A stretch of DNA of 64,000 bases, from positions 34,410,001 to 34,474,000 of the forward strand of contig OX597824.1 of the NCBI GenBank assembly GCA_951406725.2, in the 5' to 3' direction. Shown one piece after another: positions 1-12,900 of the stretch. The stretch is from Octopus vulgaris (lineage: Eukaryota). The position numbers and the translations under genes were made by a program. The notes under the pieces were generated by a model. It was not told where the DNA came from and made no database searches. It saw only the letters and a list, made by a program, of their open reading frames with translations. Each line of letters begins with the position of its first letter. The stretch's first letter is position 1.

Positions 1-119
1 TCATACTGATCAGTACTGACAGCGAATTAACAAACAACAGTTGCGGGTTTCTCCATCATTATCCTGCATTCAAATTGAAACAAAATGATCATACAAAAGC
101 CAAAAACAATGATATTCTT
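1..119 (+). repeat. Direct duplicate of 1467-1585 (local duplication running off the left edge)
   Basis: tcatactgatcagtactgacagcg...caatgatattctt occurs at 1-119 and 1467-1585 with about 2 mismatches. Confidence 0.9.
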
Positions 120-1249
120 GCTGAAACATTATCTCTCACGCTAAAAAAGAGAATAATAATAAAGGTCTAAAATATACATACATTTTTGTATTTTTCAATT
201 TGACTTATACTGGGGTATGTAAATACTCGAAGGTAGTTAGTTTTTTTCGGATCACATATACCATAAAGTACAGTCAGATTTAAGAGAAAGCCCTGCAAAT
301 GCTTGATTGCTGTAAGAATAAATAAAAAGTAAAATATATTAATGAGAGGTTAGCGTCTACATTGAAAAGAACAACTGTAAAATTCAATTTTGGAGGGAAT
401 GCTTAAGAAAATTTGAAATCTATGCAAGACGATAAAATACCATATCCATTGTGACTATCATTTGTTCAATTTGCTCGGCTGTTGAAACTGAAGTTAATTA
501 TATTTTTTTAAGTTCAAATGCAAATAAAATTTTAGTGACCTATCCAACTGATTTTAAATAATCCCAGTTTTCAGTTATAAAGCAGTGACTTGGGTTGCTA
601 AAGTTTAAGAAAAGATCGTGTTTAGTTGAACAGGAATAGCATGTATAACAACCAGGTATACAAATGTTGCATGGAATCAGAAGACAATTAAGGAATTAAA
701 ATTTCTGTAGCGCCAAATTTTGTAAAATATGTAACCAAAACTGAAGATTATGAGCCTCTTAGATGGTTTACTTAAGTGAATGGCTTGTTATTTAAATGAG
801 ATAATTATTTCTAAAGATGGAGTGAGATATGACAGAGTACCTAGAGTTAAAGGTACCTAGTTTAGAGAGCAGCTTTCGCTATTAACAAAGATTTCTCTTT
901 CTATACAGTTGATTATATGATCCTTATCATGGAGTTATTATATTGTATGGTAATGAAACATTTGCATAAAAATTAGTAGAAATGAAAAAATTAAAGAGGA
1001 ATCAACTAAGTTCAATTTGTTGAATGTGAGCTTCAAATAAGTTGAAAATAGTATAGACATATGATGTTGTGTGATAAAGTAACTTTGAGAGTGATAGTGG
1101 ATATATGCACAAACATGAAGGAGACTGATAAAACTCATGAAAAAGGCAGTGTAGAATTTAGTTTAGTCCTTTCAAACAAAAGAATCCTTCAAACAAGTGA
1201 GAATCTTTCAAACATGTGAGAATCTTGGAAAGATACTATAGTACAGATC

Positions 1250-1440
1250 TATGTTAGCATGGAAAATCAGACATTAATGCAATTATGATCATCATTTAAC
1301 GTCCGCTTTCCATGCTAGCATGGGTTGGACGATTTGACTGAGGTATGGCGAACCAGACTCCAATCTGATCTGGCAGAGTTTCTACAGCTGGGTGCCCTTC
1401 CTAACGCCAACCACTCCGAGAGCGTAGTGGGTGCTTTTGT
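1250..1440 (-). mobile_element. RTE-type LINE 3' end fragment
   Basis: catcatttaacgtccgctttccatgctagcatgggttggac...gcccttcctaacgccaacc is the reverse complement of the 3' UTR and (GAT)n tail that follow the RTE ORF end at 26233-26885. Confidence 0.75.
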
Positions 1441-1582
1441 CCAATGCAATCCCATGTCCAGGATAGTCATACTGATCAGTACTGACAGCGAATTAACGAA
1501 CAACAGTTGCGGGTTTCTCCATCATTATCCTGCATTCAAATTGAAACAAGATGATCATACAAAAGCCAAAAACAATGATATT

Positions 1583-1797
1583 CTTTTCTACTCTGGGCAC
1601 AAGACCTGAAATTTTGTGGGAGGGAGCCAGTCAATTAGATTTACCCGAGTATACGGCGGGTACATAATTTATCGCCCCCAAAAGGATGAAAGGCAAATTC
1701 TACCTCAGCAGAATTTCAACTCAGAACGTAAAGACAGGCGAAATACCACTAAACATTTCGCCCAGCATGCTCATATTTCTGCCAGCTCACCACTTTA
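1583..1797 (-). mobile_element. tRNA-derived SINE, family B (Meta-domain-like), with 16-bp TSD
   Basis: Same family as the 35-36 kb array (aaaggatgaaaggcaaa...gaatttcaactcagaacg); flanked by caaaaacaatgatatt at 1567-1582 and 1798-1813. Confidence 0.85.
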
Positions 1798-2074
1798 CAA
1801 AAACAATGATATTGAATGATCAATGATGATAAAAAAATATTTAGACTTATAAACCATACGAAAAAATATTTAAGGATCCAGCAATTCTTTCCATGCAAAG
1901 TAAACATATTCTTCAACATTTAAAAATCTATTTCTTATAATATAAACCCTAATGTTTTAAGACTTGAATGTAAGGAATAAATTTGGCACCATGAACAAGT
2001 GGAAGATTTAAAGAAAGAAGTTCCAAACTGGTTGTTATTAAAGTGAAAAGTAGACATCTTTGGTGTGTAATTTT

Positions 2075-2496
2075 GGATCTTTTCGGTTTGAACGGCAGTT
2101 TTTAACATAATTTCTAGGTAACTAAAAAATTTTAAACTTCGTATACTGGTAGAATGTGTTTATAAAACATCTTTTTCTCTTGGCTTTATTGAGAAAATTC
2201 TATAGTTTGTAAGATATTTGTTGTTTTTTTCTTCAATTTCTGCAATTTTGACCAATCAATGACATCCATTGAGGTAAAAAACATTCTGTGCCGTATGAAT
2301 ATGTCCCTCATTTAAGAAACAGATTGGGTTTATTTACATTTGCAAAGAGAAAAAGATACTCTTCCCCCCACCTCTAACCCTAACCCTAACCCTAAAACAG
2401 ATTGAAATGCAATAGATTGATACTAGGGTCATAATTATGGGTGACAATTTCATATGACACCGCTAGAAAAAACTGCCATTCAAACCGAAAAGATCC
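2075..2496. mobile_element. MITE family 1 (GG termini, 8-bp TSD, Merlin-like) with internal (TAACCC)n
   Basis: 29-bp TIR GGATCTTTTCGGTTTGAACGGCAGTTTTT; flanks gtaatttt/gtaatttc; near-identical copy at 52188-52606. Confidence 0.88.
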
Positions 2497-3516
2497 GTAA
2501 TTTCAAAAGTGGAATAATGTGAGTCATAAAAAACAGCAAATAGAACAGATTCAAAAGAAAGTTATATTTGTTACAAGTTTAGAGGTAACAGATACAAAGT
2601 ACAATACAATGTTAATTTTCAGTAAAGGAATATGGCTCTCTACTGAATGTAACCTACTCGACACATATATTTAAAAGTGGATTATCCTGTATATGGGTAC
2701 AGTACTAAAGGGTTGGATGTACTGAGTTTCTGTAGGAAACTACTCATTATTCTGAGCTGAAAATTCAACATAAAAATTGCATTGTTTATAATGTCTTTAC
2801 TATGGAGCTAACAATAAATATATTAGAGAGACCTTTAAATAATCAACATTTTTTAGCGTGTTGGATGTGTAGAAAAAGATGAAGATTGTTTTACCATAAC
2901 AATTAAAATTTATTAGAAAGGATGGTGTGATCACAACTTTTACATGTTGTAAGAAATCAAATGTCCTCATGTCTTGGGTCTCTGAATGAGCAGCTTAGAC
3001 ACTAGAGAAGATTGTGAAAGTAACAGAAATGTGTGTGCAGTAGAAAATATATCCAGTTCCTGGATGGCACTTACTGTAATAAATTTGTAGCAGGCATCAT
3101 TATAGCAACGATAAGAAATCAGTTTAGGCAGATATCATAAGATTGACACTAAACGCACATGGTTCGTGGAACTAGGCACAAGTGAGATAGTGTTCCTTGT
3201 GTGTACCAAATTGGCAAAAAAGAGGGAGAAAGCGCCAAACGTTGGAATATATAGGTATCGGCTGTCACCTCACCTGGTGGCCTATATCATTGAAGGGATG
3301 TAATTCAGTTACCTTCACTCTGCTACAATTTCAATTATCTTCCAAACAAGATCTGCCAATTAATTAGCTTGTCTATCTATTATGGAAGGTCAACTAATTA
3401 TCATTTCTATTTTTAAAATTATCCTTTAATAAATAAACAAAGCAGATTTTACACATGCATGTAACAAAATTCAAGATATAAAAATTCTAGATATAAAAAT
3501 AAAAGAATATATGTAC

Positions 3517-3645
3517 TTGAAGGGTCTGCATTCCAGGTAAATGTTATGTTTTTATTATCAAAGAACTTTGTTTGTAGGTTTTCTGGTCTAGCTGGCATTT
3601 CATTGGTATCGTCTGATGAAATACTTTCATTGTTGGCGGAACAAG
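3517..3645 (-). CDS. Putative exon 3 of an FN3-like gene or pseudogene
   Basis: Acceptor ttttatattttag then (S)CSANNESISSDDTNEMPARPENLQTKFFDNKNITFTWNADPS, resembling the start of an FN3 domain (P..P.NL...ITFTW); starts in phase 1, matching the end of exon 2; donor gtacat is weak. Further broken FN3-like pieces (VKVTELHPF, PATN..TVSA) at about 3060-3330. Confidence 0.45.
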
Positions 3646-3961
3646 CTAAAATATAAAATCATATGTATTATTTTTATTTTAGCTATATATATTAAAAAAA
3701 TGAATAGAAATGGCTTTTCTGATAATTTTTACACTTGAATAATTAGATGTTTATAAGCTATAAGGTGTTTACAGACTCTGTTAGCTCTGTTTCTCACTTA
3801 CAAACATACACACATGTATGTGTGTATGTTTGTAATTAAACACTCTATTTAAACAGTGAATAAAAAACTCTAGAATATTGGTTTGAAAATTGCCTATAAG
3901 TAAGAAAATCATATCAAAGTCATCTTTTGTAAACACCTAATAACTCATAAACATCTAATTA

Positions 3962-4745
3962 CACTGGTTTACAAATTTTTTTTTTGCTCTGAGGTAACGA
4001 TGTGAATAGGTATTTTTCACTAATTTTGATATAGTGAATTCAGTTTTCTGAACAGTTTTGCTATATCACCTCTATTTTTTTTTTTTTTTTGCTTTATATA
4101 TCCCATTTTAATTATACTGCATATAAATTCAAAATATAATGTGTTTATTTCAACTGTTACAAAAGCATATTACAGGAAAAAAAAAAACGGCATAGATACA
4201 GAACTAAATTACTTGGATAATACAAAACACACATATCATAGTCTAGCAGAGTTTTTTGGCTGATTGTGTGTACTTTGCCTCAGTGATGACATGCAAGAGC
4301 ATCCACCAAAAGTCCCCCGTCATGCTGGGGTTCCATTTGCCATGGTAGTTACTCTCCATCTCAGTAATATCTTGGTGGAACATTTCTCCATGCTCTTCCC
4401 CCACTGCTCCGAGCTTCGGAGGAAAGAAGTTGGGATGGGAGTGGAAAAAGTGAATTTTGAGCGACATTTGACATCCTATGTCATCATAGGACTGTAACAA
4501 CTTCTCGAGACACTCTTGGTAATCTAGTACTTATGTGTTACCAAGGAAACCATGGCAAACTAAGTTAAATGCTTCTTGTGCTCTCAGTTCCTTTAAGGTA
4601 AGAAGCTGCTCAAAGTCCTTATCCGTCAGCAACTCTCAGATCTGAGGTCTGATGAAGATGCCCTCCTTGAGTTTAACAAAACTCAGAGAAAATTAGGCTA
4701 AAACAACTATTTTTATGTTTGCCTCAATTTCTCTGTAAACCAGTG
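3962..4745 (-). mobile_element. Chapaev3-type (CMC) DNA transposon, internally deleted
   Basis: TIR CACTGGTTTACA/TGTAAACCAGTG, TTA TSD on both sides; transposase C-terminal remnant KLKEGIF..PQI and MSLKIHFFHSH..FFP.KLGAVGEEHGE.FHQDI..ME..Y.GKW at 4243-4686, with stops. Confidence 0.85.
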
Positions 4746-4752
4746 TTATTAA

Positions 4753-4974
4753 CCCTTTCGTTACCAACCCGGCCAAAGCCGGCTCTGGCTCTGTAGTACA
4801 AATGTCTTGTTTCCATAAGTTTTGCATTAAAATATACCACCAAACCTTAGTCGCAATTTATGTTCCTAACACTTGTTTAATGGTAAACTAAGTTATTTTA
4901 CTAAATTCTTTGTTATATTTAAAATAATTGAAAGGAACACAGAGCATCTCAAAATAAATATAGTAACGAAAGGG
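4753..4974. mobile_element. piggyBac-type MITE
   Basis: TTAA TSD on both sides; TIR CCCTTTCGTTAC/GTAACGAAAGGG. Confidence 0.88.
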
Positions 4975-5070
4975 TTAAAGTGGAAAACTTAGCAAAAAAA
5001 TCATTGCTATTTGTATTTCTTTTTAAAAATATAACACTATACAAAGGACTTTCTATTTTTTCACTCTACG

Positions 5071-5101
<31 letters not shown>

Positions 5102-5524
5102 AAGAGAAAGAGAGAGAGATAAAAAAAAACATTGATTAGAGAACAAACATTAAATTCGAGTCAATGAACTTTTTTGACAGATTTTTGAGGGTAGAAAAAA
5201 AAAATTTTTTTTACTCGATTGATATTTCTAATTAGGTTTTTAGTCACCTGGCACTCTTTAATAATTCATTTGGGTTGCTTATTTTTAGTCAAGGCCATTC
5301 TATATATATGCATTTTTATTTGCATATATATTTTCTTTTATATATTGAAGGCCATGGTAATGTTTCTACATGATGAAATGTATGGAAGTGTGGTGAGTTT
5401 GATGTTTGTGCTCTAATCAATGTGTTTTTTTTGATTTCTGTCTAAATTTCATTTGAGCACTTCTTTTTTGCAGTCATATAAACCCATTTGTCTCCATAAA
5501 AAGAGGCAAAAATTATTTCTTGTC

Positions 5525-5653
<129 letters not shown>

Positions 5654-5815
5654 TATTAGAGACAAAACCACTATTTTGCAAAACAAACAAGGAAAGACTT
5701 AATCAATACATAAAATTTTAATAAATAGTCAAAAAAACCGCCACTACAATTAGAGAGAGAGATAGACAGGTAGGTAGGTAGGTAGACAGGTAGGTAGGCA
5801 GGTAGGTAGATAGAT

Positions 5816-6077
5816 AGAGTGGATTTGGTAGATGGAAACTGAAAGAAGCCCATCGTATATATGTATATATATGTGTGTGTATATGTTTGTGTGTCTGTCC
5901 CCCCAACATCGCTTGACAACCGATGCAGGTGTTTACGTCCCCGTAACTTAGCGGTTCAGCAAAAGAGACCGATAGAATAAGTACTAGGCTTACAAAGAAT
6001 AAGTTCTGGGATCAATTTGCTCTACTAAAGGCAATGCTCCAGCATGGCCACAGTCAAATGACTGAAACAAGTAAAAG
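5816..6077 (+). mobile_element. tRNA-derived SINE family A, 5'-truncated
   Basis: Matches the 3' two-thirds of the copies at 39443 and 53205. Confidence 0.85.
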
Positions 6078-6130
6078 GGTAAACATATATATATAAATAT
6101 ATATATATATATAAATCAAATATATATATA

Positions 6131-6185
<55 letters not shown>

Positions 6186-6265
6186 ACATACATATATATA
6201 TACATACATATATATATACATACATATATATATATATATATATACATACATATATATATATACAT

Positions 6266-7262
6266 TCGTTCCATGCTTGTTTTTACGTTTTCGTTCTCAT
6301 TGAGTTCTGCGTCTATTTGTGGTGTCCTGTACTCACGTATATATATTTATATATGCATGTATATATACATGTAGATGTAGGTACGTACATATATGTATGT
6401 ATGTATGCATATATTTTATTTATTACACTATTGTATGACTGAGCGCCTTCGCGTCGATTCGATTCGATTCGTTCCGTTTCGTTTCGTTTCTTCTTCTTCT
6501 CCCAGTACAGTTTTTATATATAATTATGACATGAAACCCTATACCTCTTTGCTTAACCTTCCCTTCTCTCCCTTTCTCTCTCTCTCACTCCTCCTCATCT
6601 CTCTCACAGCCGGCCACATACTTCCTTTTTGCATGCGGCCTTCTAACTGTAAACACACGGTTTTCTTGTGCTCCTTGAATCTCTCCTCGTCTAGGCAAAA
6701 AAGGCCCTCTTTGGTTGTTTTCTTGTGTGTTTTTATTTCTTGTATTGTATTTTTTTGTAATTGTATTTTTATTTTGTATTTATTTTGTATTTTATTTAGT
6801 ATTTTATTTTGTAATTTTATTTGTATCGTTTTTACATCCTGTTTGTGTCACATTTTGTTCTTTCCTTGTTTTTACCCCTCTGCGAAGTAATTTCCTTTAA
6901 TTTCTTCGCAGGAAGGGCTAGTTCGACGAGTCGTGTTCTGTCCTCACCTTCGAAACACACTGGAGTTGAACTAGTGACAGCTGATGAAGGGGATTTTTCC
7001 TTGTGTAGTTTGTCTAGTACTCTGTTTTTTCTTTGTAAAAAAGAGGTTCGTTCCATGCTTGTTTTTACGTTTTCGTTCTCATTGAGTTCTGCGTCTATTT
7101 GTGGTGTCCTGTACTCACGTATATATACATGTAGATGTAGGTACGTACATATATGTATGTATGTATGCATATATTTTATTTATTACACTATTGTATGACT
7201 GAGTGCCTTCGCGTCAATTCGATTCGTTCCGTTTCGTTTCTTCTTCTCCCAGTACAGTTTTT
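6266..7262 (+). mobile_element. Non-coding element with about 220-250 bp terminal direct repeats inserted in (TA)n (Penelope-like pseudo-LTR or partial tandem structure)
   Basis: 6266-6520 is repeated at 7047-7262; (TA)n on both sides; core contains CCTTCGAAAC and CTGATGAAGG fragments. Confidence 0.65.
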
Positions 7263-7278
7263 ATATATATATATATAA

Positions 7279-7317
<39 letters not shown>

Positions 7318-7399
7318 CACACACACACAGACACACACATATATATATATTTATATATATATCATGATGATGATGATGATGATGATATATATATAATTA

Positions 7400-7600
7400 T
7401 GTGCCACCGGTACAGGTGCCAGACGAGGATCGTGGCCGTTGCCAACCTCACCTGGCACTGTGCCAGTGGCACGTAAAAAGCACCCACTACACTCATGGAG
7501 TGGTTGGCATTAGGAAGGGCATCCAGCTGTAGAAACTCTGCCAGATCAGACTGGAGCCTGGTGCAGCCTCCTGGCTTCCCAGACCCGGTCGAACCGTTTA
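7400..7600 (+). mobile_element. RTE LINE 3' UTR fragment
   Basis: gtggcacgtaaaaagcacccactacactc...ggaagggcatccagctgtagaaac, as in 26690-26820. Confidence 0.75.
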
Positions 7601-8062
7601 TTTGATCAGGGCTCAAACTGGAACTAATAAACATTCACGTGTGTTTGTGTGTGTGTGTGTGTGTGAGAGTGTGCGTGTGTGTGTGCGTGTATGTGTGTAC
7701 ATAGATGTGTGTACAGAAGATTATTATGCAAATTATTTAAGATATTAGATGCAAATATATTTTTAAAGAAAATAAAATGAATGCTTAATAAAATAAAATA
7801 AAGAAACTGTCAAAGATGTTCTACTTACTTCTATTGGAGAAATTACAACCAAAACTCTGTTGTTAAAGAAAAGAAGAAAAACAAGGGAAATTTTAATGAA
7901 GACCATGAAAAACAGCAGACAAGTGTTATACCTAATAATAATTATTGTTTCAAATTTTTCTCACAAGGGCAGCTTGGGGGAGGTGGGGATGAGTCAATTA
8001 CATTGACCCCCAGTATTCAACTGGTACCTATTTTACCAACCCAGAAAGGATGAAAGGCAAAG

Positions 8063-10594
8063 GATGTTCCGCAAAGACCGCATTAATCGCCATGGAGGGG
8101 GTGTGATGATTTATGTTCGATCAAATCTATCGGCAATTCCCTGTGATGATTTGAACCAATCTCAGCAGGAAGTATTTTTCTGCAATATACACATGACCAT
8201 GTCAACACTTCTGCTCGGAGTCGTTTACCGTCCCCCAATTATCGTCAAGACGCACAGCTTTTTGATATTCTCAGAACTGCTGCCATGAAAACAGCCGCGT
8301 ATGTGTATATTGCAGGCGACTTCAATTTCCCTGAGATTGACTGGGAGGCCTTCCGTTGGCCGCAAAGTGCAGACGATTTCCTTGAACTGGTGCTGAATTC
8401 AAATTGGTCCCAAGTTGTTACCTCCCCAAACTGGCTCGAATTTTATGCCTCTGGAGATGTGGACACTATACTCCAGAACATTCTGAGTTCAATATGAGCG
8501 GCATGTGCAGCATCAGTACCACGCAAGCACAAAACCCCCCCCAATAGTGCAATTTAGGAGACAGCATGCAGTCCAACTTGCCAGGAAAGAACACCGTAAT
8601 GCTGAACAGGAATACAAATTGCACAAATCAGAGAGCAACAGGAAAAAGCGCAATAGGTCAGCCAACCACCTCAAGCAGGGGACAGAAAAGGCAGTGCTTG
8701 AATTTGAACAACGCATTGCTGCTAACCCTGACAGCAAAGTGTTCTGGAAGTATGTGCACTCAAAGCAGAGACCCCACTCTCCAGTTGGTCCCCTTCGCAA
8801 TCCCCACACAGGACAGATTACTGGCAATCCTGAAGAATGTGCAGAAATCATTGCTGGATGCTATGCCGGCATCTTTACTGTCGAAGGCCAAAATGTTCCA
8901 TCTTCATCACCACTGACATCAGACTCTATATCTACTATGCAATTTACACCAGCATTGCTACAACGCCACCTTAAGAATAAACACAACTATGCCTCTCCTG
9001 GTCTCGATGGTGTTACATACCTACTTCTCAAACGCGGTGGGTACTTTCTTCTAAGCCAACTTTCTCTATTCTTCCAATTCTGTCTTGACAATGGTGTTAC
9101 TCCAGAACAGTGGAAGACTGCCAGTGTTATCCCTCTGTTCAAAAAAGGCGACCGCACATCGCCTGTCAACTATCACCCCATTAGTCTTACTAGCTGCATC
9201 ACCAAACTGATGGAATCCTGTATCAGAGAAACCCTCTGGAACTTCTGAAAGTCGGATTTATTCCTAACTCCAGCTGCTGTAATCAACTCATCGAGTTTCT
9301 TGAGGACGTTACCCAAATCACTGATCGCGGATCCTGGGTGGATGTTGTTTACCTGGACTTTGCTAAGGCTTTTAACTCTGTGCCACACAAAAGACTTATG
9401 GTGAAGCTTTCTGCGTTGGGCGTAAGAGACAAACTCTATAACTGGTTGAAGTCCTTTATTTTCGGTCGAAAAGAGGTTGTCACAGTTCTAGGACAGCACT
9501 CTTCGCCCTATGAGATGACATCTGGTGTACCTCAGGGATGTGTTCTTGGCCCCCTTTTATTTGTTGCATATGTTAATGACATAGATGCCAACTTAAAGAA
9601 TGCCACAGTGCTGAAATATGGAGATGACATCAAGCTATACCTCAAAATAAAGAGGTCAGATCCTGTACACTATAGATCTCTATTGCAAGCAGACCTGGAC
9701 ACAATGCAGCAGTGGATCATGGACTGGCAACTCAAGCTGGCTGTGGACAAATGTACCACCATGCATTTTGGGAGGAGAAACCCAGCGTTCACCTACTCCC
9801 TCCACAACACTAGTCTCAAAAAGTCTTCATGTGAAAGTGACTTGGGTGTTATCGACAGTGATTTGCGTTGGACAAAACACATCACTAAAATTGTCAAGAA
9901 GGCTGAGGTTGTCTTGGCATCACTCACCAAATCCTATGTGAGCCGCTCTCCGACTATCTATCTGCAGCTTTATACAGCTATGGTAAGACCTCACCTGGAA
10001 TTTGCATCACCGGTCTGGAACCCCTATCTTGCCCAGGATATCAATCGTCTGGAACCCCTATCTTGCCCAGGATATCAATCGTCTGGAAGCCGTTCAGCGA
10101 CGTGCAACTAAAAGAATACCCTCCATCAGGCATTTGCCATATCCTGAACGCCTTACTTCCCTGAGCATGGACACATTGAAACTCTGACGTCTGGCAGCTG
10201 ACTTGGCAGACACCCATAAAATTATCAACCATCGTACAAACAATAATTCTGAGCACCTTTTCAAACTCCACCCATCTAACACCCGTGGACATATTTACAA
10301 AGTCAGAAAACAGCATAGCTCCCATGACTTCAGGAAACATTTTTTCATGCTGAGAGTTGCTGAAGCATGGAACAAACTGCCGGCATCGGTTGTTTGTTGT
10401 CGGAGCACTGCATCCTTCAAAACTTCCATGCTTTCTGAGATTCGCCAACACTACACCTGATTTTCTCCCCTCCATACACATACAAGCATGTATCTGACTC
10501 ATGCATTGTTCGCTTTCCAGACATTTGTACATTACTGCATATACTCTGACAAGTTGTGGTGCACCTGAGCACTGTATACAATAATTTCATTATT
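8063..10594 (+). mobile_element. CR1/L2-like LINE, 5'-truncated and pseudogenised (APE endonuclease and RT remnants), inserted into a family B SINE
   Basis: Motifs RKDR..HGGGV, VVYRPP, AGDFNFP.IDW, SPGLDG, YLDFAKAFNSVPH, SGVPQGCVLGPLLF, Y(G)DD, RPHLEFASPVWNP, RKHFF..RV..AWN.LP; stops, frameshifts and deletions; SINE halves at about 7955-8062 and 10596-10620. Confidence 0.92.
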
Positions 10595-10759
10595 TAAAGT
10601 CGACCTCAGCGGAATTTGCCTAATAATAATAATTATAATAATAATAATCCTTTCAACAGGAAGCACAAGGCCTCAAATTTTGTGGGAGGGGACTAGTTGA
10701 TTGCATCAACCCCAGTGTTTCAAAGATGAAAAGCAGTCGACCTCAGCAGAATTTGCCTG

Positions 10760-10806
<47 letters not shown>

Positions 10807-10839
10807 CACCATCATCATCATTATCATCATCGTTGCTGT

Positions 10840-11037
10840 CCTGTGCTAGTGGCACGTAAAAAGCACCCACTACACTCTTGGAGGGGTTGGCATTAGGAAG
10901 GGCATCCAGCAGTAGAAACTCTACCAAATTAAGATTGGAGCCTGGTGCAGCCATCTGGTTCGCCAACCTTCAGTCAAAATCATCCAACCCATGCTAGCAT
11001 GGAAAGCGGACGTTAAACGATGATGATGATGATGATT
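10840..11037 (+). mobile_element. RTE LINE 3' end with (GAT)n tail
   Basis: Ends catggaaagcggacgttaaacgatgatgatg. Confidence 0.8.
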
Positions 11038-11620
11038 ATCTGTGCTTGCATGGGTTGATCAGAGTTTATTGAGGCAGATTTTCTACAGTTGGATGCTCTT
11101 CCTGTCACCAATCCTTACCTGTTTCTAAACATGGTTTTGCAGAATATTGGAAATGAATGACACTCATTTACAACTATCATACAATATCAAAACAATAACA
11201 CACACATCTGTCTCCATTCACTACTACTCACCTCGTACCTTGAAGAGCCACCTGGACACCACATCACACTGGTTATCTACTCACAGATAACGCTGGTTCT
11301 CATGGAGCTCCCCTACAACAAGAACCAGTACTACTCCAACCCTTTTGCTCATATCTTAATACCCACCAAGCATAAAGACACCCCCACCACTGCAACCACC
11401 TCAGATTTGGTAAACTTATGAGCTACACAGTGACCTCACTAGAGCTGGTGGCATGAGAAAAGAACTCAGTACACACTGTAAAGTGGTTGGCATTAGGGAG
11501 GACATCCAGCCATAGACATCATGCCAAAGTAGACAGCACAATGCACTCTTGGGACTATAAAGATCCCATCAAATGCCATATATACATATATATACACACA
11601 TATATACATATATATACAAA

Positions 11621-11850
11621 TCATCATCATCATCGTCGTCGTTTAATGTCCGTTTTCCATGCTAGCATGGGCTGGATGGTTCGACCGAGATTTGGGAAGC
11701 CAGGAGGCTGCACCAGGCTCCAGTCTGATCTGGCAGTGTTTCTATAGCTGGATGCCCTTCCTAATGCCAACCACTCCATGAGTGTAGTGGGTGCTTTTTA
11801 CGTGCCAGGCGAGGCTGGCAATGGCCATGATCAGATTGGTGCTTTTTACA
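11621..11850 (-). mobile_element. RTE LINE 3' end
   Basis: Reverse-complement copy of the same 3' UTR and tail. Confidence 0.8.
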
Positions 11851-12069
11851 TGTATATATATATATATGCATATATATATACATATATATGGATATATATG
11901 TATATATATATGCATATATATGTGTATGTATATATATGCATATGTATGTATATATATATATATGCATATATACATATATATGCATATATATGTACATATG
12001 CATATATATGCATCTGTGTGTGTGTGTGTGTGTGTGCGCGTGCATGCGTGTGTGTGTGGTGGATCTTAC

Positions 12070-12250
12070 AGGCATGAAGTTTATTTGATCCACCATACCC
12101 AAATTTCAAGTAATAGTTCAACAGAATGTTTCTCACGGTGGAACAATGATTTTTCAGTGACAGCAGTTTTACATTTTCCGGATGCCTTAGCTAGGCCGAA
12201 ATGATGTCTTCACCACTTGACCTTTCTAACCCCTCCTAGATCACCAAAAG
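12070..12250 (-). pseudogene. Putative exon 2 of the FN3-like gene, with two in-frame TAG codons
   Basis: Acceptor ttgttatcttaattctag, donor gtaaga; 181 nt, phase 0 to 1, linking exons 1 and 3; [37 protein letters not shown]... Confidence 0.4.
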
Positions 12251-12900
12251 CTAGAATTAAGATAACAAATACCATCAACTAAATCCATTGTTCTTAACGA
12301 TATGTCTATCTTTCTGGATAGTTATAAAAACAAGAACCCCCAAACAAAAATCAGTTAGTAACCTGGTGACAACTTAGTTAATTAGTTCGTGACAACTCAA
12401 TCAGTTAATTAATGAATAACAGCTTGAGTCAGGGACAGCTACCATCAATTAGGGAGTAGAACACTAGAATCATGATCACAAGTAAGGCAGCTACTAAAGA
12501 CAATGGTCAAATGGAGAAATGAAATTTACTGTCAGCAGCTATGAGACCCAACTTCCCACACTCACACACTTTCACTAACTCACTTTGTCTTCTCTGCACA
12601 TTACCATATCTCTATGGTTTACTACTACAATAAGAACACACAGGCCGAAATTAACTTTTTTACTTAACACACTCTAGGATTTTATCACCTGCCTTTCTGC
12701 GCACCTTTGCTTTCAGATTTGTTTCCTATGTGGGTGTGAAGTAGAAAAATATCCATTTTTCTCAAAGTTACGAGGGAAAAACAGCGGATCTCGTGAATTT
12801 TTTGAAGTCCTCTCCCCACCTTCTCAGAAAAGATTTCACTCACAAATTTCGTAATCCACACTGTTTGAAAGGTATTTATATAAAATTTCACTAAAAAAAA

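Noticed and set aside
3610-3630. Other CTGATGA occurrences (about 3613, 4649, 17030, 22871, 33775, 44008) as hammerheads
   Set aside because: No stem II/GAAA/UH/stem I arrangement nearby
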